DNA of 64,000 nucleotides, taken from NCBI RefSeq assembly GCF_030028105.1, contig NC_092374.1:178708057-178772056 (forward strand). Direction: 5' to 3'. The stretch comes from Mobula birostris. Taxonomy: Eukaryota. The notes under the pieces were generated by a model. It ran no database searches and was not told where the DNA came from. It was given only the letters and a program-made list of their open reading frames with translations. Made by a program: the position numbers and the translations under genes. Shown here piece after piece: positions 1 through 11,600 of this stretch; position 1 is the first letter of the stretch; every line of letters starts with the position of its first letter.

Positions 1-439
1 GCATCTCTTCTCCATCCACTATACTCTTCGCACATCCTTCTTGTAGTGTGCAACCGCACGCAGACTCCAACTGAGTGGGAGAACTCAAGAGGGAGGAGAG
101 GGCACATAGTGTAGTCGACAGGGTATGAGGGAGAGAAGGGATGCATGAAGGAACGTGGGAGAGCGTACGGGGTGGGGAAGGGTTGGGGAAAGCGTGCGGG
201 GTTAGAGAGCGCTTGGGCGGGACGGGAGCGCGTGCACGAATGAAGAACGCGCACGTAGGAAAAGGACAGGGTGGGGTGTAAGCAAGTGAGGAAGTGGGAG
301 TTGGGAGAGGGATAGGTGCAGCTTGGGGAGCAATGAGTTTGCAAGGAAGTCCGCACTGGCGTCTGGCAGTGTATTGTACAGAAGTGTAATCCTAATTGTC
401 TCGGAGCGAGGGCGCAAGAGACGAGATCCGGAGAATCGA

Positions 440-690
440 GTGCACAGAGACACGTGAATAAGCAGTCGCTAGAATTTAGAGCAGAAACCAAAATTCTGGA
501 GGATCTCGTGTGGAGGGAAGTGGTCAGTTGACGTTTTCGAATCTTATCTCTACTCTCAGCCCTTTACTTAGCCGGCTACCTGCCCTTCACCCTTCCAGTC
601 TGGATGAAGTACTTTGACCCAAAACGTCGTCTGTGCATTTCCCTCCAGAGATGCTGCCTGACCCGCTGAGTTCTTGCATCAGTTTTGTTT
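440..690 (+). mobile_element. Short Penelope-derived element upstream of locus A
   Basis: Inverted ends (GGAGGGAAGTGGTCAGTTGACGTTTT ... AAAACGTCGTCTGTGCATTTCCCTCC) resemble the ends of the Penelope copies in this window. Confidence 0.45.
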
Positions 691-900
691 TACAGCAGGG
701 ATTCCCAGCCTGGGATCCATGGCCCCCTTGCTTAATTATATTGGTCGATGGAATTAAAAAAGATTGGGAACCCCTGTTTTATACAGCGGCTGGAGACGGT
801 TTGTGGTGAACATCTCCTGGGAGGGTCCTGGAAATCTGCCCAGAGATGTGTCAGTGACTGGGTGTTGCTGCCTGCGCCTCTCTGTGCCCACATCCTTACT

Positions 901-926
901 GGAAGTGGTTCGGCTCCGCACCCTCC
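901..926 (+). promoter_or_regulatory. Conserved upstream element with ETS-type core, locus A
   Basis: GGAAGTGGTTCGGCTCCGCACCCTCC; 24/26 identical to the locus B element. Confidence 0.5.
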
Positions 927-1159
927 ACTGCACATCCTGTGCCAGGCCGGCAGTCTACCGCCCCGCCTCCCACTCTCCACACTCCAGAGCAGCGGCGGGC
1001 TGGTTATTTCTGCAGGAAGATTTTTAGTTACAGGAGTTCTTACTGGCTGCTCCTTGTAGCGGGCACTATTTACCCCCGAACTGCCTCCGTGAATCGTATC
1101 TGCGCCCTCAGCAGTTCATTGGCCAACGAGTAGATTTGTCGAGGTGAGGAGACATCGCA

Positions 1160-1235
1160 ATGGAGAGTTGGAACGGACCGGGATCGCTCCTTTTCACCAT
1201 ATTGTCTCTTTGCTCAGTTGCGGGAAGCCAGGCAG
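1160..1235 (+). pseudogene. Locus A leader exon MESWNGPGSLLFTILSLCSVAGSQA(G)
   Basis: Intact ATG, 76 nt as in locus B, phase-1 donor CAG|GTAAGG. Confidence 0.85.
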
Positions 1236-1609
1236 GTAAGGCGAGGGTGCGTGATGATTTTAAAGGTCTGGAGTTGCGTTTTGGAAACTCACCCCTAATC
1301 TTCTAGAGATCCCAGACGTGCCCCCATTAGAATGGAGAACTGGTGCATCGCATTCATGTGTCCTACAGAGGAAATCCAAGATGCTGGGGAATTTCTGGAG
1401 TCTGTAAGTTCGGGATAAAATTATCACTGAAAATGTTCAAGTGGCGTTTGAGATCTGTCGCGGGTTCCAAAAGATCTTTTTTCTCTGTGAAGTTTAATGG
1501 CAGTAGGCAGGCCAACATAAGGTGCATTACCGCCACCAACTGAGTTGGAGTGTGGAGTGAAGAGACAGGAATTATATTCACGAAATCACACCCCCCACCC
1601 CGCCACCCC

Positions 1610-1610
<1 letters not shown>

Positions 1611-1672
<62 letters not shown>
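1611..1672. repeat. (AC)31 microsatellite
   Basis: Directly visible perfect dinucleotide run. Confidence 0.97.
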
Positions 1673-1673
<1 letters not shown>

Positions 1674-3009
1674 ATCACCAAGAAAACCTCAAGTAATATC
1701 AAAAAGTCTGATGCTCATCACAATGAAAGTCAATGCTCACCTAAACACATTAGATGGCAGTGGTATCCTAACAAACTTTCCATGTTTACCTGTGTGCCAA
1801 AGATCGCAATTTAGCAATGAGAAGTTTCCTTTCCACCTCTTAGGAACTGCATTCAAACAATATATGCTGCACTGTTTCTTGACAAATACACTCACTGCAG
1901 ATGCCAACATCATGCACATTAATCAACTTAGTATGTCCAATATGTAAATGTATAAGACTTCTCTCCTTTTATATCTATCTCCTAGTTGAGTTCCCACCAT
2001 CCTCTGAATTTTATATAAAAGCCGTTGTTTTATTCCTTTATCCCAAATGAAAAGGTACTTCACCCATTTCTCCCAATAATAGTAGAATTTGGGAAATTTA
2101 ATAGTACCACAACATAATCTGAATGCTTGAGATTGAGCTCTATCTAGGGTCTTTAAGACCGCTAGTTAGGCAACACATCCATAATCAAATACAAATTAAA
2201 GCAATATACATTTACTTAAGTGACCTCCCACTCACACCCAACTAAGCAACTGAGCATGTTAACGACATTTCTCTGGAATTTTATTCACATGCACTATCCA
2301 TGTTACACACATCAAAGTTGCTGGTGATCGCAGCAGGTGAACGCAGCATGTTAGCCTTGTATCCATCTACAAACATAAAACTTCACCAGTATATCTTGTT
2401 TAAGTGATGTAATATAAAGCTTGAGATCATGTGTGGGTGTAATGTTCCCTTCAGACAAACAAAATTTAGACTGTGCAAGAGAAAATTTAAACACACACTG
2501 ACATCACCAGTTTTTCTACTTCATTAATAGCTGCCTGCATTTTCCTAACTATATAATTTATGTCCTTGCCTCTTTTCCACGCTGCAGCATTCCTTCATCA
2601 GCATATAATGATCTGGAAATATCTAAGCCAACAATTAAGAAGATAACATTAATCATAATAAAAAGGAGTGGGGTCCCATTCTCTATTTCATACTCCTTAA
2701 AGGATGGTGTTTCTACCCTAACTTGTATCTCCCTATCATTTAAAACATCTACCACTTATTGCCATCTTTTCCAGTTTAAGCAGCAACCCTTGTGTCCATA
2801 ACAAATATGCTCTCTCTAGATCAAAGAAAACTGCCACCACTGGTTCTTTATTAACTTGGGCCTTAAGAATATCAAATTCCAAACTTAATACCAAGTCCAT
2901 CATCATTCTTTCTACGAAATCCAGATGGGTATACAGCCTATAGGAAGCCTTGTGATAACTATTCATTCTGTTACCTTACATACATGTGAAATTAGCAAAG
3001 TAAGTCTAT

Positions 3010-3595
3010 ATAATAATAAGTACTTTATTGATTCCAAGAGGGGAAATCTATCATTACAGTAGCAGCATTTAAAAACACACAGCAGTGTGCAGACTAACTA
3101 ACAATAACGTACAGCATAATAACATACCAATGTTCAATAAAATGCAATAATAATGTATGAAATAATAAAGCAGGGACTAATGTACTAGGATGCGTGTTCT
3201 GTCGCAATGAGATGAATTGTTGTATATGCTTATTGCATTTGGTAGGAAAGATTTTCTGTAACAATCCTTATGACGGCAGAGCTGAATGAGTCTATTCAAA
3301 AAGGTGCTTCGCTACTTATTCCGTAGGTAATGGAGAGGATGTGCCAGATTGTCCATAATGGATAGCAGTTTGTTTCATGACCTCCTCTCCACCATTTAGT
3401 CAAAAGAGTCTGGACTGTAGCCAAGGACGGATCCAGCCTTTTTGATGAGTTTATTTAGTCTTTTTGCATCACCAGCTCCAATGCTGCTCCCCCAACGAAA
3501 AGCAGCAAAGAAGACTTGCTACAACAGACTGGCAAAAGATGTCCAATATCCTGCTACACACGTTGAAGTATCTCAGCTTCCCTAAATTTCAACCA
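3010..3595 (-). mobile_element. Rex1/Babar-like LINE 3' fragment
   Basis: Remnant reading FNVCSRILDIFCQSVVAS ... KRLNKLIKKAG, ending in AATAAAGTAC and a (TTA)-type tail. Confidence 0.6.
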
Positions 3596-4083
3596 CAATT
3601 GACTCATAAACAACCCCAAACCCCAAAAGTCTACTGTATATGCTATCCCAGTTTTGGCAAATGTAGCCACTCCTCCATTGCCCATTTTCCGATCATGGCT
3701 AATGTTAACATAACTTTGTATTTTGAAACTTAAAGAATTTCAACTAGGTTTCCTATACACATGACGTCAGGTTTATTTGGTAAATCTTCAATAAATTTCT
3801 TAACCTCTTGACCACTAGCTAACAGGCTTCTAAAATTCCATTGTAAGATTAAAAAGTCATTAACAACTCTCCTTTGAAATGTGAGCATTTTTACTCCTTG
3901 AAAGAGATCATTAATAGCTTCTAGTATTTAATGTCAATGTTTTTCTTCTGCTTTTCACATAATTTTAATATTTGTCCTATTTCAGTTTGTGCTGTACAAT
4001 TTACCACATCTGCCATGAAAGTTTATCAACAATCAGAGAGTCCTTGGTTATACAATTATGCACTTTACACAATGCCATTAAAC

Positions 4084-4706
4084 TACAAGAGGTGATTGAT
4101 AAGTTTGTGGCCTCAGGTTGCGGGAGTCAATTTTAGAAAACCTAGCACGCTTATTTTTCCTACATTTACACATGTCGTCCAACGGTTGTGGAACATACGG
4201 ATCCCTTCAGTGCAGAAGCCTGTTGGACCTCCAGAAAGTGGTCCGCGCCAGGGGTTATTGATAAGTTCATGGCCTAAGGTAGAAGGAGATATTATTAACT
4301 TCAAACTTTCTGCATTTTCACTCAAAGAGTTGAACTGCACGTGCACGCAACAAGAGCTGTATAACCCATCTCCTTCTACCTAAGGCCACAAACTTAACAA
4401 TCACCCCTGCTGTGGACCACCTGGAGGTCCAAGATGCTCTCGTTACATTACACGTGTAGTTCAACTCTTTGAGTGATAATGCAGAAAGTTTGAAGTTAAT
4501 AAATCCTCTTCTTCTCCCTTCGGCCACAAAGTTATCAATCACCCCTGCTGTGGACCACTTCTACAAAGAAGGGATCCGTATGTTCCACGACCTCTGGACT
4601 AAGTGTGTACATGTAGAAGGGGACTCTGTTGAAAAATAAATGAGCTAGGTTTTCTAAAATTGACTCCTTCTACCTTAGGCCATGAACTTGTCAATCACCC
4701 CTTGTA
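4084..4706. mobile_element. Composite mariner-derived element with five TIR copies
   Basis: TIR GGGGTGATTGATAAGTT(C/T)(A/G)TGGCCTAAGGTAGAAGGAG occurs in both orientations; transposase C-terminus FYKEGIRMFHD-WTKCVHVEGDSVEK* at about 4560-4640; flanked by TA. Confidence 0.8.
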
Positions 4707-5819
4707 TCTGCATGCTGGATATTAATGGATCCCATTGATACTGTCTTCTATATTTTCTGCAGAGCCTCTGCATATGATATACCTATTTCCACCTGAAAAT
4801 GCTGCCACTTCCACAGCATTATGCAGGACATCCTGGATAATCAGAGCTACGTTTTCCTCCACAGTTGCTACAAATCCTTAGTTACTATGATTGATTTATA
4901 TTGGAAGCAGACCCACATTCAAAACTCAACAAAACCTTAAACTCTTCCTTCTTTCTTTTATTTAAATCCTATCTACTGTCTTCATCACTGGAAGATAAGC
5001 CTCTACAATCTTCAATAAGCTATTTATTTTTCCGTTTCCCAGAAATCTGCCATTTGCCCTCCTCCAGTCGCTACCTCTGAGATCCCTGTCGCTTCCTGCC
5101 ATCTCTACCCCCTTCCTGCCTGAGAGAAAACTCCCAACAGTGGGCTTAGTCCAACCCCAATCAGCTTAATCAGCTTGGGGGATGACTTGCGAGCGTACGC
5201 AAACCTTCCCAGCCCCTCAGATGCCCAAAGATGACAGCCACATCACCTTAACACAGACATCACACTAAAACAATTAATCTGATCTTAACTGTCCCATTAA
5301 GACAGTCTGTTACACTTCACCAAGGAAATAGACCTTGTTCGACCCAAAGACCTCGCCCTCCTCATTGGTCCGCATGCATATAATGGACCAAATGGCCTGT
5401 CTTTGTGCGGTCTGGCTATACGATGCTAAGAACTTTACCCTCATTTGTCAAAAATGATTCTTGCTTGATTGTGACAACATCTTGACCAAATCTATGGTGC
5501 TTTCCCTGAACGTGGTCATTAACAGAGGAAAAGCAGCTGCTAATCTGTAAACATCAAGATCCTTTGAAGTATTTTGTGATGTCCTGTTTGGCTTTCGGTG
5601 ACATTGGTTGAGAGCTCCTATGAATGTTGTGTGGGGGAGGTAACTCTCTAATTAGAGCCATGGTTTACCTGCAGAGACAGACAGGGGCACTACCTAACCT
5701 AACACCTCACCCAATGCAGTTTTCCCTCAAAGGCATAAGTATCAAGCGGTGCAGAAATGTGACGATCTTTAGTGTGGGAGGTGAGCGTGTGACCCACAAA
5801 ACCACAGCTGGGGCACCAA

Positions 5820-6010
5820 TTCAAGATGGTTGGTGTAGCAGTTGGCAAAACTGTGAGACCGGGGGTGAGTTTCCACTGCTGTCAGTAAGGAGCTTGTATG
5901 TTCTCCCCGTAATCTTGTTACTTTCCTCCGGATGCTGTGCTTTGCCCCCACCGTCCAAAGATGTACGATTTAGGATTAGTGAGTTGTGGCCATGCTATGC
6001 AACACTTACC
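5820..6010 (+). mobile_element. tRNA-derived SINE (V-SINE-like), degenerate
   Basis: Central motif GAGCTTGTATGTTCTCCCCGT...TTTCCTCCGGATGCT...CCAAAGATGTACG. Confidence 0.55.
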
Positions 6011-6883
6011 TGATGCTCAACAGCTGTTTTAATTTGATGCAAACTGCGTTCAAAAGTTCTAAAGGACACTTAATGTCAGAGAACTATTACAATATACATC
6101 CTGAAATGCTTTTTCTTTGCACCTATCCACAAAAACAGAGGAGTACCCCAAAGAATGAACAACAGTTAAATGTCAGAACCCCAAAGTCCCCCTCAGCTCC
6201 CCTCCTTCCCGCACATCAGCGGCAGCAAGCAACAATCCCCCCTTCCCCCCACCGGCAAAAAAAACATCTGCATCCACCACCGTGCACTCGAGCGTGAACA
6301 AGACAACAGTAAAGACAAAGACTTGCAGTGCAGTACTCCAAAGACTACGTTGTTCACCCAGCATTTGACATACCACAGGCTCTCTATCTCCCTAATAAAG
6401 GAGAAAGAGATGTCTCTGTTTCACTGCGAGAGGGGAGATAGAACAAACAACTCTCTAGTTTACGACGTTAAAAGTCCTTTGCGTTTCTTTTTTATGAGCT
6501 CTATGCCCAAAGATCTCAGGGCTCTGGGCACACAGCCATAGATCTTCCAGCTCTCCTGATGACACACGGATCTCCTGCCGTGACACCGACTTTCGATCCG
6601 CCGCTCTCCAGAGCCCTGAGATCCTAGGCCTCTAAAGACAAGCTGAAATCTTAGGCTGGAGCCCTTGGCGTGCCGAACAGCGGCCAGTTGTGAAACCCGA
6701 GAATGGGTCCCTCTCCCGCAAAGAACCATAGTCAGCATGTAACTGCAGGTCAGGGTCTTCAAAAGGACCCTGAAAGGGAAAAATAAGAGATATTAAAGAT
6801 GGAAATACTGTAGAGCTGTTTCCGAAGATGCAAACAAAGGAGTCACGTTAGGCGCCATATTTTCCTATGTTTGAAAGTGTATG

Positions 6884-8092
6884 TGTAACCCAGGTTAATT
6901 AAACCCAAAGACGTAATGTTAGAAAGTTCCACCTGTGGAGGGGTGAAAATGAAGTTCACCAAAGAGAATTTGAAAAAAAATGCTGTGCGAGAACAAGGCG
7001 TGGCTGACGCAGGCACGGAAGGAGAGAGAAACGCAGAAACGATTAGAAGCTGAAGACACTAACTGTTAAGAGTGGAATTATTAATGCATAGCTTTACCCT
7101 AGTAACTTGAAAATCTCAGGATGAAACCCCTGGAGAAGAGACAATAGTGATAAAAGATTTATTGAAGCTACGGCTATAACATGCAGCAGCAAAAACGGGA
7201 CAATATCAGCAGAGGCGAGTGTCCAAGATCTCTACCGTGTAACTGGACATTAGTTTTATAAAATCATACCAAGGGATTTGGTCAAGTTTTTGTGCAAGTT
7301 TGTGAATTGACTTGCCGTGGATGATAAACTATATTAGTCCAATGAGCCAAGAAAGAAGATGGTGAGTTACTCAAGATTCAATGAGCCAGCGCAGGAACGA
7401 AATGTGTAATGACGCAAAGGATTTAATATGGTTGGATGTGTAAGTTCATTTTCCTTCAAAGAATCCGAATTAGATTTTCTGAAAGAACTGATTACTTTGC
7501 AAAGACTTTGATAAGTCACTGAATGAGATTTACTTTGTTTAGAAGTTGTGAAGTTGCAGAATTATGAAAGGGGTTAAACTGTGTATATATAACTTTTGAT
7601 AACTGTGTATATATAACTTTTGTAGATACACTGGAAATGAAACTGAATTTAATTATAATGCTTAAGAATAGGAATTATATTTGGTTTTCCAACTAACTAG
7701 GGATAAGTAAAAAGGAAAATGTTGTCTGTAAACTTTTAAATAGGGAACTACACTAGATCTAATTAGTTAGAGAAATTAGAGTCATAAAGGAATCTCACTG
7801 ATTCTAATTAAAAAGGAATTTGTTTTGGTTTGATATCTAAGATTAAGAACCTGAACAGAATGTTGGAATTTTGAATTGTTCTTGCTCATGTAAATAGTTT
7901 GTACATATCGTTGTTTTCATATAAACAGAACTTATCTCCAGAAGTATGTGGTTTCTATTTACTGCCTCCTTCCGATACCTAGAAGCTTCTGATGGCCTAC
8001 TAGCACCCAGTGTAGTACTATGTAATTTGATTTTCTCAAGGAGTGCAGCGACTAGTCGCACACAATAAGACAGGTGCTACAGTGGTGTTACA
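6884..8092. mobile_element. Solo LTR (Gypsy-type)
   Basis: TGTAAC...GTTACA terminal inverted repeat with a perfect 4-bp TSD TATG (6880-6883 and 8093-8096). Confidence 0.8.
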
Positions 8093-8981
8093 TATGTGTT
8101 AAATAAGGCTTCATTTTAAAAATATTTTATTTGCTTTATTCACTCGTGGACGTGGATTCACAAAGTGAACCACTGTTTAATTCCCCAACCCAAGATGTCC
8201 TTGAGAAGGTGGCTGGTTGCTGCCTTTTTGACCTGGTGCTGTACTCGAGCTGTGGATATATCCACAATGGTGTTCAGGTCCAGATAGTACTAAGTCTATG
8301 CTCTCTCAATTTTGGACAAGCCCTCAGGTAGTCAGTGTCAAGAGTTGTTGCTACATCCTCACAGCACAGAAGCAGGCACTTAGACCCAACAGGTCTACGT
8401 CAGCCAAGATTACCATCCAACTTGGCTCATTTGACTCATATCCCTCTAAACATTTCCTATCTGTGTACCTATCCAAGCATCTTCAATGATGGTACCCAAG
8501 TTGCTCAATAGTTTGGAGGATTGAGAACCTTCATTTTCCATCCCCACTGCAGTTGGGTTCTTCTATCCAGAGCTGCTTGGGATTTATTCCTGGCTGATGC
8601 AATGAGGCCTGTTTTAGTGGTGGTGGTTCCACGTGGATGGGGAGCCAATCACTGGGGTGAGGTCAGTGTCTAATCTGTGTGCCTGTGCATTAATTTGGGC
8701 AAGTGGAGAGTTTTCCACCAGACCTTTGAGTTGTGCCTTATAAACGGAGGGCATCCTTAGTTATTTTCTCACACTCCTCTCTCACTCTCTTCTTTTGTTC
8801 AGTCTCCCTTGAGCTGGGGAGATGATTTCGGGCAGGATAGTGATTAATGGTGAGGTAGGTCCTGGTCTGAGGCAGGAAAGAGTAAGAATCCCACTCTAGG
8901 ACACTGTAACTTCCATTTGTAATGGTAAGATAATATAAGTTTGTGTTGACTTAGTGACGTTAATTCTTCATTCTTCCCCTG

Positions 8982-9256
8982 TTGCTCCAGAGGTTCAGGT
9001 GTTGAAAAAGAGGCCAACAGCTACTGAGGGCGAGAGTCTGTCATGCATCATCACTCCCTTCTACCCCCGTGCTATCAACGCCACTTGGCTGAGGAATGGA
9101 CAGGTTGTCTCCAAGGGCTACGAGGTGACCGTGCTACCAAACTACAATGATACATACTGGATGGAACTAGTCATTGAGCTGCAGGATAATGATACGAACA
9201 TCTATACCTGTCATGTCAAGCACAGCAGCCTGCCGGGGCACTGATGGTGCAGGGAA
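8982..9256 (+). pseudogene. Locus A alpha3 (Ig-C1) exon
   Basis: 73 of 85 aa identical to locus B alpha3 up to HSSLP. 275 nt versus 276 nt, so the 3' end is frameshifted. Confidence 0.9.
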
Positions 9257-10689
9257 GTAGGTCATCGTACGGTACAGAATTTGCTTCATTCTGTTGTGGT
9301 GGTTCATAAATTCATACAGTACTGAAGGAGGCCATTTGGCTCACCACATACATGCTGACCCTCTGGTGCCAGTCTATTCCAACCAGTACTTGGTCTGTAC
9401 TTCGGCCTTCTCTTCCTCAATGATTCAAGTGCTTGTCAGAATTATGATATGAAAATTGTTCTTTTGCAACAGCAGTACAGTGCAAAGACATAAAAGGTGT
9501 ATGAGCTTAGAACATGGACCAACTCATGAAATTATGATACTATAGTTATTAGTGAGATTTGCTAGCTGGAGGGAAGACTGCCAGCCCAAGGTGTGTGGAT
9601 GAGAAGAGTATGTAGGTCTAGACCCAGGTGTGGATTGAAGGGAATAAGCAGAATGGCATTTTGATGGACTATATGGGCCAAATGGACTGCTTCTGTGCTG
9701 TAGTGCTCCATGACTGAAAAATAACATGTTATAAAATAAAGTAATTAGTGCAAAAATTGGAATAATGGGGTTGTGTTCATGGGTTCATGACCATTCATGA
9801 ATGGTAGAAGAAAAGAATATGTTTCTGATTAGTGTCTTCTTTGTGAGTCCTGTATCTTTTCCCTGATTGCATTAAAGGAGAAGAGGGCATGTCCCAGATG
9901 GCAAGGGTCCTGAGTACTGGATGCCACCTTCTTGAAGCACTACCGCTTGAAGATGTCTTCGGTGGTGGGGTGGTTTCTGCCCATGATGGAGCTGACTGTG
10001 TCAACAATTCTCTGCAGCTTCTTATACTTCGTAGATATCAAAATAATTTTTAAACGCTGTGAGAATGTCTGCCTATACCAGCCCCTTAGGCAGAGCATTC
10101 CCATCTCCCACTAACCCATTAGTTAAAAAAAAATCTTCTCTCTATTCTCTCTAAATCTCTTAATCCTTGCCTTAAACCTACCTCTACAGTAATAAGCAAC
10201 TCTGCTATGGGGAAAAGTTTGCTGCTGTTTTATAAAAGAAATTAAGCAGGAGCAGTATACAAACTACTGCAGTAAAAAAAAGCTTTGTTCCTTCAGCATT
10301 TTGTACATTTTTCCTTTCAATGCCCCTAACAATTTTGTATAATGCCATCAGCTTCTCTCACAACCTCCTCCCATTCAGGGAAATCAAACCCAGCCTCTTC
10401 ACTGAAACACTGCATCCCAATAAATTCCTGGTGAATCTCCTGTGTACTCTGTCCCATGCAATCAAATTGTTCCTCTGGGCTGGTGACTGAAAATGTATCA
10501 AATACTTGGGATGTAGCCTAGGTAATGTTTTGTAAAGCTGTACCATAATTTCCTTGGTCTTGTATTCTGTGCCCACATTAATGAACACTCGTACCCTGTA
10601 CACTTTGTTCACCACTATACCTACCTCTTTGAATGACCTGATGATGTATCTCCTCAGTAAAGCTGTACCAGAGCTTCACAGGTCACCAA

Positions 10690-10940
10690 GGTAGTGTAGT
10701 TCAGAGTTCAGTTCCAATACCCTCTGTAAGAGTTTGTATGTTCTCTCCATGAACTGCCTGGATATCCTCTGGGTGCGCCGGTTTCCTCCCATAGTCCACA
10801 GACGTACCAGCTAGTGGGTTAATTTGTCATTGTAAATTGCCCTATGATGAGGCTGGTGTTAAATAGGGGGGTTGTTGGGTGGTGCAGTGCATTGGTCCAG
10901 CAGGGGCTGATCTGAACAGTATCTCTAAATAAAACAAATT
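10690..10940 (+). mobile_element. V-SINE-like element
   Basis: GAGTTTGTATGTTCTCTCC...GGTTTCCTCCCATAGTCCACAGACGT core, ending CTAAATAAAAC. Confidence 0.6.
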
Positions 10941-11142
10941 ATATCTCATGCCCTGATTAATAAATCCTGTAGGCTTTCTTTACCACCCTGTCTACCACTT
11001 TGAAAGAGCTGATCAAGTAGCTCCATTCTTCTCTTACACGCCTCTGAACGTTTCTTTCTTCAAAAAACATGTCCCATGTCCTTGCTGAAAGTTATTGTTT
11101 GCAAGTTGCAGTATCTTCAGATTTTCTCTTCTTTGTGTTCAG

Positions 11143-11186
11143 TCGTAACAAGCAATTATGAGTTGTGGGCCAAAGAAACATAATAG
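11143..11186 (+). pseudogene. Locus A copy of the candidate alternative exon: xVTSNYELWAKET**
   Basis: Acceptor ttttctcttctttgtgttcag|TC, phase 1, 12 codons, then TAA TAG. Confidence 0.42.
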
Positions 11187-11294
11187 ACACTCAAGGAAAG
11201 AAACAGCTGAGAAGCAATTGGGCCTGTGGGTCAAGGCCTGACTGTCCAATGGCCACTACCTGGCTGAGAAATGACTGATATTCAGAGAAGTCAT

Positions 11295-11600
11295 AGAAAC
11301 ATAGAAAATAGGTGCAGGAGTAGGCCATTCGGCCCTTCGAGCCTGCACCGCCATTCAGTATTATCATGGCTGATCATCCAACTCTGAATCCTGCACCAGC
11401 CTTCCCTCCATACCCCCTGATCCCTTTAGCCACAAGGGCCATATCTAACTCCCTCTTAAATATAACCAATGAACTGGCCTCAACTGTTTCCTGTGGCAGA
11501 GAATTCCACAGATTCACCACCCTCTGTGTGAAGAAGTTTTTCCTAATCTCAGTCCTAAAAGGCTTCCCCTTTATCCTAAGACTGTGACCCCTCGTTCTGG
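11295..11600 (-). mobile_element. CR1 LINE 3' end
   Basis: SRTRGHSLRIKGKPFRTEIRKNFFTQRVVNLWNSLP with a (TTCTATGT)n-type tail. Confidence 0.85.

Larger units (their letters stand above)
2530..5250 (-). mobile_element. Degenerate I/Nimb-like LINE with nested insertions
   Basis: RT piece VVAVFFDLERAY (ORF 2736-2966) and an endonuclease N-terminus reading WNFRSLLASGQEVKKFIEDLPNKPDVMC at about 3850-3750. Confidence 0.6.

Noticed and set aside
1-70. Possible minus-strand exon at the window edge (acceptor ctcccactcag at 72-71; one frame reads ACGCTLQEGCAKSIVDGEEM)
   Set aside because: It is truncated by the window, the weak alpha2-like frame is in the wrong phase, and there is no supporting upstream exon.
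1700-1900. Faint Helitron helicase resemblance (LNTLDGSG; VPKIAI/NEKFPF)
   Set aside because: The matches are too short and split across frames, with no Helitron termini seen.
8954-9244. Locus A Ig-C1 ORF as beta2-microglobulin or an Ig/TCR constant exon
   Set aside because: It is 73/85 identical to the alpha3 exon of the class I gene and has homologous flanking introns.
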